Shown: piece by piece, positions 28,901 through 35,211 of the stretch
Layout of the letters: every line of letters starts with the position of its first letter
Numbering within the stretch: the stretch's first letter is position 1
NCBI GenBank assembly: GCA_034436155.1
Contig: DAOTVP010000088.1
Coordinates: forward strand, 6,105-70,104
Length of the DNA: 64,000 bases
Source: Anaerolineae bacterium
GTDB lineage: Bacteria > Chloroflexota > Anaerolineae > Aggregatilineales > Phototrophicaceae
Reading direction: 5' to 3'
The notes under the pieces: generated by a model
What the model was told of the DNA's origin: nothing
Database searches by the model: none
What the model saw: only the letters and a program-made list of their open reading frames with translations
Translations under genes and position numbers: made by a program

Positions 28901-29482
28901 AATTTGATAAATGACTGCGTTTTGTACCCATGAAGGTGTTGTAAAACCAGCGTCATAGATGGTCAATTGCCAACTATTATCCACGCTGTTATCGAAGGTT
29001 TGCCCCCATCCACCAGTACGCGCACCATCATCTTCATAATAATCGGTATCTGTGCCGTCTATGGCGATAAACCGATACCAATACACGGTTGGCAGGGCGC
29101 TGGCGGGCAGGGTGACTTCCCAAAACTCATACGGGTTGGGGTCTGTGCCAAGTAAGACGTTATTCGCCACTCGTGTCATATTATACACGGTCGAGACGTT
29201 GGTGCGGTCATTCCACACGCGCACTTGGGCGAGTGTGAGGTCGTTATCTGCCGCACGCAGGCGCAGGCGAATCGGCGTGCCTGTCGTCACGGCACCTGTT
29301 GGACTGCGATACAGCGGGTCACGGCTATTATGACCCAATCCACCCCATTCCACATTGTTATCATTGCTGGCGGCTTTGGCAGGGGCAGGTTGCCATAAGA
29401 ATGCCAAAGCGATGAGCAATATTAACCCAAAATAACTCACTCGTTTGTATTTTTTCATCTTCCCTCTCTTAATGGGCTTCAT
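22913..29482 (-). CDS. Giant cell-wall-anchored GH13 alpha-amylase-family enzyme with FN3 and starch-binding-like modules and an LPXTG sorting signal
   Basis: GH13 regions I-IV: DGVFNHSS, GWRLDVAPE, VGEEWG, FGSHDTNR. Three FN3-like modules. Three repeats of a CBM20-like module (GSFNGWNPSD.../EYKY) followed by an NWRDP(Y/L)V(I/V)S-led Ig-like unit. A second module beginning LQWPPT is duplicated. C-terminus LPATGE + hydrophobic helix + WRKRAMA. Confidence 0.9.
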   Translation of the reverse strand: MKPIKRGKMKKYKRVSYFGLILLIALAFLWQPAPAKAASNDNNVEWGGLGHNSRDPLYRSPTGAVTTGTPIRLRLRAADNDLTLAQVRVWNDRTNVSTVYNMTRVANNVLLGTDPNPYEFWEVTLPASALPTVYWYRFIAIDGTDTDYYEDDGARTGGWGQTFDNSVDNSWQLTIYDAGFTTPSWVQNAVIYQIFPDRFRDGDSSNNPSAGEFFYGNFDTVYRSNATNWNTPICDPRSSFNPGTTCPGIWSQNFYGGDLQGIIDQLPYIDSLGVTAIYLNPIFESPSNHKYDTTDFFVVDDNFGTLADFQALVAAANARGINIILDGVFNHSSSDSVYFDRYSRWTGGSTPGVFPTSTVLGTDDNSGACETNSGSFTPWYTFFNYTGTPPAPCSDNRDYPKWFGIFDSLPVFQHDYGPVRDYFINNGVNSVGPYWIAQGAMGWRLDVAPEIDHGTINDPTDDYWEDFRAAVRAIDPDVYIVGEEWGNPTSWTIGGEWDATMNYQFSAAVLSFWRDTTFNDNDFNAGSSAGVLNPLDANGVNERLLNLEERYAPPAFYAMMNLFGSHDTNRVLFLLDHNTGSNNPATYNNPTYDWSDAISRLRGAALMQMTLPGAPTIYYGDEIGLVGPIGFDGSQWQDDPYNRQPYPWLDETGTPFYTHLQSTASRDALYNYYAQLIDIRNSNPALRTGSFDPLYTSGDIYAYGRKLGDDSNTVIVVVNGTNSAQSATINVSGYIPVGSSLTDLLTSTGYTVNGSGEIVIASLPARGGVILRLNTAIARPTCITDLVAVSGAGSVNLSWSAATNATVYDIYRSRLSGGGYDLILANHPTTSYSDTTVANATTYYYRVVGKNGTTLVTSDLYCNNEVSATPALAIDWHTLQWPPTLTHTLSAVTPTSNIYGQVYIAGVTGGQNAVDPTPGLLAQVGYGPENIAPSDPSWVWFPTTFNVNAGNNDEFMGTLLPTATGTFWYTYRWSTDGGLTWRYSQLNPPGGDYGLGNVGVLTVNPPADTTAPAAPTNLTVLATTSTSVTLGWDAHPNTDGDLYGFRIYRENTASPGFTLIGTVVGAGAVQYIDSTVTSGENYNYYITAIDTSLNESAPSNTVNADAVLRQVAVTFVATVPNPSPGPVHIVGSFNGWNPSDPAYIMTQTGPTTWEITFNILDGTTIEYKYSRGDWLRGDKAADGNTEISNRTHTANYGVTGTQTVNNTVANWRDPLVVSTNPVNGATGVPPGSALEIVWNQDMPANLNSCVTVTGPSGVVTGTWTFDAPSNTSTFTPSANLAVGAHTVAVAGCLDIVGDVQQVPYNYSFDVGLPAGMVAVTFNATVPSHTPTDVYLVGSFGSAGYPNWDPAGILMTQISPTLWRTTLILPDTGYFEYKFTRNAWSNEEMQANGYDGVANRSVTVADGGGQTQTVNNTVGNWRDPYVISITPADASINNPPNTVVTITWNKNMPDINGIFTVSDSVPAPVTGTIGTGTNTHTFTPDAVLPDGAYSVAVSGNTDWNGNNQQVPFASTFSVSAIAGVNVTFSVTVPSHTPGTVHLIGTFASVGGTDWTHMPMTNVGGNVWELTFNSVPVGTSFQYKYTRGSWETVEKEADGNTEILGGANRTYTVPGTPSIADTVANWRDPYVISSIPADGATFSDGNIPTITFTWNQDMPAGLPNNSPIGVFTVLDSASNPVAGVLTYNSATDTHTFTIDVGELPLPYDTYTVTLSGNHDVAGDTQQIVSSFSFTVTNVLYDLNDGPNTWFNLQWPPTITHTLSATTPVPDIYGQIWINGVTGNQNGVDPTPGLLAEVGYGPDGVAPNDPAWQWFSTTFNGNTGGFGPTNDEYRGNFIPTAVGNYDYLYRYSGDGGATWYYGTNAGPFRDLTFATYNPADAGQLTVTAPTDTTAPSAPTGLSVIGVSDTQIELGWVAHPNTDGDLFAFEVYRDGVLIATITNPLATSYIDTTVVSGTTYDYYIVAVDTSFNASAPSNTVTATASTTVVVPPVDPPGNNPPPAQNRPMLIIRFENNNNFVGRGGSKAISLIFENFSGNGMTGTLELVLPRGISASNARSSHGIPSFFQEIAKAMTDFAKRVGAPVQSQQTQPASNNGVRLNFGQIANGEQVTLDLDATVAPTYTQATALVQGRLIVNGQVVDTTTALLVVDNNIVALPATGEAPAWRDALIIGLLGLATLGLTFVVWRKRAMA

Positions 29483-29797
29483 CTAATCACACAAATCCAA
29501 TATCACAGTAAATATATTCAAAAAAATAAGACACAACTTAAAACCATATATAGGCTATCGGTTTAGTTGGGTTTGATGATTGCGCCGAAAACCAATATCG
29601 CACAAACCGATAGTTTACCCAATCCATTCCCGATGCCCTATTTTTCTATTTGTTAAAGTTGCACAAAGATTATTAAAGATAGATGAGTTTTTTGAGGATA
29701 TGAGAGGTTTTGATACATCCCCATAAAACATGACATCTCACACCCGCAAATATACACCTTTATCACCTGTGTTGATTGGCGAAATCACGCACAATAT

Positions 29798-29816
29798 ATG
29801 TAGACGGCATCTACAT
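29798..29816. promoter_or_regulatory. Palindrome 16 nt upstream of the hoxE start (candidate operator or leader hairpin)
   Basis: ATGTAGA-cggca-TCTACAT, followed by the RBS GAGGTG. Confidence 0.3.
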
Positions 29817-29831
29817 GATTGCGAGGTGAAC

Positions 29832-30341
29832 ATGAGAACACAATCCCCCCCGATAGACCCGCCCAGTGATGACAAGCGGTGGCGCATCGTGAATGCGACC
29901 ATGCGCCGACACGGGTATATGCCCCGCGCCCTCATCGAAACCTTAAACAGCGTTCAACAAGCCTTCGGCTATTTGGATGAGGATGCGTTGCGTTATGTAT
30001 CGGCGGCGTTGCACGTCCCGCTCAGCAAAACGTATGGGGTGGCGACATTTTATCACTTTTTCACCCTCAAGCCCGGCGGCGCACATACCTGTGTGGTGTG
30101 TTTGGGGACGGCATGTTACATCAAAGGCAGTGCCGAGATTTTAAAGGCACTCAGCCAGCATTTTGATGTCAAACCCGGTCAGACCACCGCCGATAAATCG
30201 CTCTCGCTCATGACGGCGCGGTGCATCGGCTCGTGTGGATTAGCCCCCGCTGGTGTCATAGATAATGTGGTCGTCCCACGCCTGACACAAGAAGGGGCAA
30301 TCGCCAAAGTAGAGGAGATAATCAAAGATGGACATGGATGA
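29832..30341 (+). CDS. hoxE: Bidirectional [NiFe]-hydrogenase diaphorase subunit HoxE (NuoE-like 2Fe-2S)
   Basis: Start at ATG 29832 after GAGGTG. NuoE-like Cys pattern C..C(LGTAC)...C(IGSC). Operon context. Confidence 0.82.
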   Translation: MRTQSPPIDPPSDDKRWRIVNATMRRHGYMPRALIETLNSVQQAFGYLDEDALRYVSAALHVPLSKTYGVATFYHFFTLKPGGAHTCVVCLGTACYIKGSAEILKALSQHFDVKPGQTTADKSLSLMTARCIGSCGLAPAGVIDNVVVPRLTQEGAIAKVEEIIKDGHG

Positions 30342-31938
30342 ACTCGATACCATCGCACGACACGAACAGGCGAAAGAGGCGCAATATGCCCATCGGGTGC
30401 GGGTATGCGTGGCGACGGGTTGTTTATCGGTCGGCGCAGAAGCCGTACAAGAGGCGCTCGAACACCATGCCACGCCCAAAGGCAAACATCACTGTTTGGT
30501 GACGGGGGTGGGGTGTATGGGCTTATGCGGTAACGGACCGCTCGTCAGCGTAGACCCTAGCGGGGTGATGTACCAAAAGGTCACGCCAGAAGATGCCCCA
30601 GACATCATCAACAGTTTGGGCAATCAGCCCGTAGAACGGATTCAATGCGATACCCAAGCGCCATTTTTTGCCAAACAGGTCAAAATTGTCAACGAAAATT
30701 CGGGCATCGTAGACCCCGAACATATCGAAAGTTATATCGCCCATGATGGTTATAGCGCCCTCGCCAAAGCCCTGACCGAGATGACCCCCCATGATGTGAT
30801 TACGCAAGTGATGAATAGTGGCTTGCGCGGGCGCGGTGGGGCGGGGTATCCGACAGGCTTAAAATGGAGTACCGTTGCCAAGACACCCAACACCACCAAG
30901 TATGTGGTGTGTAATGGTGATGAAGGCGATCCTGGCGCGTTTATGGATAGAAATGTCATGGAAAGTGACCCGCATCGCGTGCTAGAAGGCATGGCGATTG
31001 CCGCCTATGCCGTTGGCGCATCGTATGGCTATGTGTATGTGCGGGCAGAATATCCATTGGCGGTGGCACGCATCAACAAAGCCATTCGCCAAGCCGAAAA
31101 AATGGGATTGTTGGGCAACAATATTTTTGGCACATCGTTTAATTTTAATGTCGAAGTCCGATTAGGCGCTGGTGCATTCGTCTGTGGTGAAGAGACGGCG
31201 CTCATGGCATCCATCGAAGGCAAGCGAGGCACACCGCGCCCGCGTCCGCCATATCCCGCCGAAAGTGGGTTATGGGGCTATCCCACCCTGATTAATAATG
31301 TCGAGACCTTTGCCAACATCACGCCCATCATCCGCAACGGCGCGGATTGGTTCGCATCCATCGGTGTCGGACGGAGCAAAGGGACAAAGGTGTTCGCGCT
31401 ATCGGGCAAAATCAACAACATCGGTCTGATAGAAGTGCCGATGGGCATCAGCCTCCGCGATATTATTTACGACATCGGCGGTGGCATCCCCGATGGGCGC
31501 ACTTTTAAGGCGGTGCAAACAGGCGGTCCCTCTGGCGGATGTATCCCCGCCGACCATCTGGATGTGCCTGTGGATTACGAATCGCTCAAGGCGCTCTCCA
31601 GCGTGATGGGATCGGGTGGCATGATTGTCATGGATGACACCTCATCTATGGTGGATGTGGCGCGATTTTTCATGGAATTTTGCATGTCCGAATCGTGCGG
31701 GAAGTGCATCCCGTGTCGGGTGGGGACGGTGCAGATGTATCATATCCTGACCAAATTCAGCCAACGCCAAGCCACACAACGCGATTTAGACACCCTAGAA
31801 CGCCTGTGTGATATGGTCAAATACACCAGTTTGTGCGGATTGGGGCAATCTGCGCCGAATGCGGTGGTCAGCACATTGCGATTTTTTAGAGACGAATATC
31901 TTGAACGCATGGTAGAAAGTGAGGCGGTGCATGGCTAA
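30328..31938 (+). CDS. hoxF: Diaphorase subunit HoxF (NuoF-like, FMN/NAD-binding, 4Fe-4S)
   Basis: [19 protein letters not shown] site, [25 protein letters not shown] cluster motif. Confidence 0.9.
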   Translation: MDMDELDTIARHEQAKEAQYAHRVRVCVATGCLSVGAEAVQEALEHHATPKGKHHCLVTGVGCMGLCGNGPLVSVDPSGVMYQKVTPEDAPDIINSLGNQPVERIQCDTQAPFFAKQVKIVNENSGIVDPEHIESYIAHDGYSALAKALTEMTPHDVITQVMNSGLRGRGGAGYPTGLKWSTVAKTPNTTKYVVCNGDEGDPGAFMDRNVMESDPHRVLEGMAIAAYAVGASYGYVYVRAEYPLAVARINKAIRQAEKMGLLGNNIFGTSFNFNVEVRLGAGAFVCGEETALMASIEGKRGTPRPRPPYPAESGLWGYPTLINNVETFANITPIIRNGADWFASIGVGRSKGTKVFALSGKINNIGLIEVPMGISLRDIIYDIGGGIPDGRTFKAVQTGGPSGGCIPADHLDVPVDYESLKALSSVMGSGGMIVMDDTSSMVDVARFFMEFCMSESCGKCIPCRVGTVQMYHILTKFSQRQATQRDLDTLERLCDMVKYTSLCGLGQSAPNAVVSTLRFFRDEYLERMVESEAVHG

Positions 31939-32632
31939 GACCTTTAAGATCGACGGCATTGATGTGAGCGCCGCCGATGACCAGACCATTTTACAAGTTG
32001 CGCGTGAACGGGGTGTCTTCATCCCCACCTTATGCTTTTTGGAGGGGTTAACGTTTGTTGGCGCGTGCCGATTATGCCTCGTTGAAATTGAAGGCAACCC
32101 CACGCCTGTCGCCGCTTGCGCCACGTATCCGCAAGAAGGCATGGAAATCTACACCAATTCGGAGCGGTTGCAAGGTTATCGTAGGCTCATCCTCGAAATG
32201 TTATTTGCCGAAGGCAATCATGTGTGTGCGGTGTGCGTGGTGAATGGACATTGCGAATTGCAATGGTTAGCAGAAAAATTGGGCATGACCTATAACACGC
32301 TCGAAATGCTCAACCCGCCTAAAAAAGTCGATGCCTCGCATTATCGCTACGCCATAGACCATAACCGATGCGTGTTATGTACCCGTTGTGTCCGTGTGTG
32401 TGATGAAATTGAAGGGGCGCATATTTGGGATGTGATGGGGCGTGGCATCGAGTGCAAGGTCATCACCGAACTCAATCAACCGTGGGGCGAATCGCTCAAT
32501 TGTACCAGTTGTGGCAAGTGCATCAACGTGTGTCCGACAGGCGCACTCTTCAAAAAGAGTAAAGCCGTTGCCGAAATGGAAAAAGACACCCATTTCTTGC
32601 GCTATTTTTCTACCATACGAGAGGGGAATTAA
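31931..32632 (+). CDS. hoxU: Diaphorase subunit HoxU (NuoG N-terminal-like Fe-S protein)
   Basis: [12 protein letters not shown]..., 2Fe-2S C..GACRLC, 4Fe-4[12 protein letters not shown] and [12 protein letters not shown]. Start ATG 31931 overlaps the hoxF end. Confidence 0.85.
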   Translation: MAKTFKIDGIDVSAADDQTILQVARERGVFIPTLCFLEGLTFVGACRLCLVEIEGNPTPVAACATYPQEGMEIYTNSERLQGYRRLILEMLFAEGNHVCAVCVVNGHCELQWLAEKLGMTYNTLEMLNPPKKVDASHYRYAIDHNRCVLCTRCVRVCDEIEGAHIWDVMGRGIECKVITELNQPWGESLNCTSCGKCINVCPTGALFKKSKAVAEMEKDTHFLRYFSTIREGN

Positions 32633-32633
32633 T

Positions 32634-33158
32634 ATGGCGAAGGCAAAAGTTGCAACCGTTTGGCTCGATGGCTGTTCGGGTTGTCATATGTCTTTTTTGG
32701 ATATAGACGAATTGTTGCTCGATTTAGCCGATAAAATTGACTTGGTGTATAGCCCGTTGGTGGATAATAAAACATTCCCCGATATGGCAGATGTGACCAT
32801 TGTCGAAGGCGCGGTGAGCAATGAGGACGACCTGCATAAAATTCGGCATGTCCGCGCTCATACACGGGTGTTGATCGCGCTGGGCGATTGCGCCGTGACA
32901 GGCAATGTGCCAGCCATGCGGAATATGTTCGCGCTCGACAAAATTTATAACCGCGCTTATACCGAAAACGCCAGCGAAAACGCGCATATCCCCGTCCAGA
33001 ATATCCCGCCGTTGTTGCCGAAAGTGCGCCCTGTGCATCAGGTGGTGACGGTGGATGTGCATATCCCTGGGTGTCCGCCACCTGCGGGTCTTATCGGACA
33101 GGTCATTTTGGATGTGTTGGCGGGGAATATCCCCGATGTACGGGCAAAATTTGGATAG
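32634..33158 (+). CDS. hoxY: [NiFe]-hydrogenase small subunit HoxY
   Basis: Start ATG 32634 (MAKAKVATVWLDGCSGCHMSFLD), later GDCA and PGCPP cluster ligands. Confidence 0.9.
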   Translation: MAKAKVATVWLDGCSGCHMSFLDIDELLLDLADKIDLVYSPLVDNKTFPDMADVTIVEGAVSNEDDLHKIRHVRAHTRVLIALGDCAVTGNVPAMRNMFALDKIYNRAYTENASENAHIPVQNIPPLLPKVRPVHQVVTVDVHIPGCPPPAGLIGQVILDVLAGNIPDVRAKFG

Positions 33159-33184
33159 ATTCCATCCTATTTGATTTTATCAGA

Positions 33185-33213
33185 GGGCGGATATACGCTT
33201 CGCTAATCCGCCC
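33185..33213. repeat. Two-tier REP-like hairpin (ATAC...TA), first half of an inverted doublet inside the hox operon
   Basis: GGGCGGAT-ataC-GC-ttc-GC-ta-ATCCGCCC. Confidence 0.85.
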
Positions 33214-33243
33214 CTACACGCTTAAAAATTTTAGGAGCTGTAC

Positions 33244-33276
33244 GGGACGATTAGCGCCAAGCGCGTATATCGTCCC
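33244..33276. repeat. Two-tier REP-like hairpin (TA...GTAT), second half of the inverted doublet
   Basis: GGGACGAT-ta-GCGCc-aa-GCGC-gtat-ATCGTCCC. The spacer ctacacgcttaaaaattttaggagctgtac resembles the spacer in the 8.4-kb array. Confidence 0.85.
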
Positions 33277-33317
33277 TAAATATGCCATGATTTGTACCTG
33301 TTATTTGGAGATTTTTT

Positions 33318-34742
33318 ATGACCCAAACCATCACCATAGACCCCGTGACCCGTATTGAGGGTCATTCCAAAATCACGCTCTTTTTAGATGATGCGGGCGA
33401 AGTGCGCGATGCCCAATTTCATGTTACGCAATTTCGCGGGTTTGAATTGTTGAGCCAAGGTCGCCCATTTCGTGAAATGCCATCGCTCATGGCGCGGATT
33501 TGTGGGATATGCCCCATCAGCCACCTGATTGCATCGGCGAAGGCGTGTGATGAATTATTGGCGGTACGCATCCCCGAGACGGCGGTCAAATTGCGCCAAA
33601 TGGTCAATCTGGCACAGATGGTACAATCGCACGCGCTCAGTTTTTTCTATCTATCATCTCCAGATTTGCTGTTAGGGATGGATAGCAACCCCGATAATCG
33701 CCATATTTTCGGCGTGGCACAAGCCCATCCCGAAATGGCACGGGGTGGGGTGCGCTTGCGCCAATTTGGTCAACGCACCATCGAAATTTTAGCAGGCAAG
33801 CGGATTCATCCCGCGTGGATCGTCCCTGGCGGTGTGACCGACCCGCTCACCGCCGAGCGCCGTGATGAGATTTTAGCCATGCTCCCCGAAGCCAAGCAAT
33901 TCATCATGAGCGCATTGACACTGTTCAAAGCCCGTCTGAACGAATTTGAAGATGAAATCCGCACCTTCGCCAATTTTCCCAGCCTGCACATGGGCTTGGT
34001 GACAAAAGCCAACGGACTCGAATTTTACGATGGCGATTTGCGGATTATCGGCGCGGATGGCAAGACGCTTGTACCTGCGGTGGATAAAAATTATTATCAA
34101 GAGACCATCGGCGAGGCGGTCGAGCCATATTCGTACCTCAAAGCGCCCTATTATAAGCCACGCGGGTATCCGAATGGCATGTATCGCGTGGGACCGTTGT
34201 CGCGTTTGAATATCGCCAGCCACGCGGGGACGCTCCTCGCCGACCAAGAGATGGCGCAATTCAAAGAACTATCGCCAGAAGAACGGCAAAGTTCGTTCCA
34301 TTATCATTACGCCCGCCTGATCGAGATGTTATTCGGCGTGGAACGCATCGAGCAATTGCTCCATTCGCCCGATATTTTATCGCCCCATGTTCACGCATTG
34401 GCATCGCCCAACGCTTACGAAGGGGTGGGCATCAGCGAAGCCCCACGCGGGACGCTGTTGCATCATTATAAAATTGATGATGACGGGCTTATCCGTTACG
34501 TGAACCTCATCATCGCCACAGGCAACAACAATTTGGCGATGAACAAAGGCGTTTTGCAGGTGGCGCAACATTATATTCACGGCGATACGATCAAGGAAGG
34601 CGCACTCAACCGTGTCGAGGCGGTGATACGCGCCTTTGACCCGTGCCTGAGTTGCTCCACGCACGCCATTGGTCAAATGCCGTTGCATATCGAGCTGGTC
34701 GCGCCCGATGGTCGGATTGTGAATGAGGTCAAACGGGAATGA
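33318..34742 (+). CDS. hoxH: [NiFe]-hydrogenase large subunit HoxH
   Basis: N-terminal RIEGH, RICGICPISH, C-terminal DPCLSCSTH followed by a cleavable tail. Confidence 0.95.
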   Translation: MTQTITIDPVTRIEGHSKITLFLDDAGEVRDAQFHVTQFRGFELLSQGRPFREMPSLMARICGICPISHLIASAKACDELLAVRIPETAVKLRQMVNLAQMVQSHALSFFYLSSPDLLLGMDSNPDNRHIFGVAQAHPEMARGGVRLRQFGQRTIEILAGKRIHPAWIVPGGVTDPLTAERRDEILAMLPEAKQFIMSALTLFKARLNEFEDEIRTFANFPSLHMGLVTKANGLEFYDGDLRIIGADGKTLVPAVDKNYYQETIGEAVEPYSYLKAPYYKPRGYPNGMYRVGPLSRLNIASHAGTLLADQEMAQFKELSPEERQSSFHYHYARLIEMLFGVERIEQLLHSPDILSPHVHALASPNAYEGVGISEAPRGTLLHHYKIDDDGLIRYVNLIIATGNNNLAMNKGVLQVAQHYIHGDTIKEGALNRVEAVIRAFDPCLSCSTHAIGQMPLHIELVAPDGRIVNEVKRE

Positions 34743-35203
34743 TACTCGTCATCGGTTATGGCAACCCGTTACGGCGGGATGATGGTGTTGGGTGGGCGGT
34801 GATAGAAGCCCTCTTAGCCCAAGCACCGCCCAATATGACGTGTTTGGCGGTGCATCAGCTCACGCCTGAACTGAGTGAACAGGTTGCCCATGCCGATGTG
34901 GTCATTTTGATAGATGCCAGTGTCGAAGGCGAAGCGGGTGATATTCACATCACGCCGATTTTGCCGTGTAAAGATGGCACACCCACCCTGACACATCATT
35001 TATCGCCACGCGGTTTATTGGATATGGTGCGATGGTTGTATGATAAAACGCCCTTCACCTTACTCATGACCATCACAGGGGCAGATTTTGGTATCGGCGA
35101 GGGGTTATCCGATGTTGTGCAGGGCAAGGTGGCATCGTTGGCAAATATCATTTTATGGTGTGCATCTCAGTCGTGTTCGACCGATTTATCCAAACCATTA
35201 TAG
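34739..35203 (+). CDS. hoxW: Hydrogenase maturation endopeptidase HoxW
   Basis: ILVIGYGNPLRRDDGVG motif. ATGA overlap with the hoxH stop. Confidence 0.85.
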   Translation: MILVIGYGNPLRRDDGVGWAVIEALLAQAPPNMTCLAVHQLTPELSEQVAHADVVILIDASVEGEAGDIHITPILPCKDGTPTLTHHLSPRGLLDMVRWLYDKTPFTLLMTITGADFGIGEGLSDVVQGKVASLANIILWCASQSCSTDLSKPL

Positions 35204-35211
35204 GATATGTG

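Noticed and set aside
29730-29831. N-terminal extensions proposed by the ORF track. Affected ORFs: hoxE from 29730, hoxY from 32442, the SBP from 50074, GH3 from 53214, xylA from 57238, hypF from 35155, hypC from 39377.
   Set aside because: In each case an internal ATG with a Shine-Dalgarno-like sequence gives the canonical family N-terminus or signal peptide. The extension overlaps the upstream gene or a repeat.
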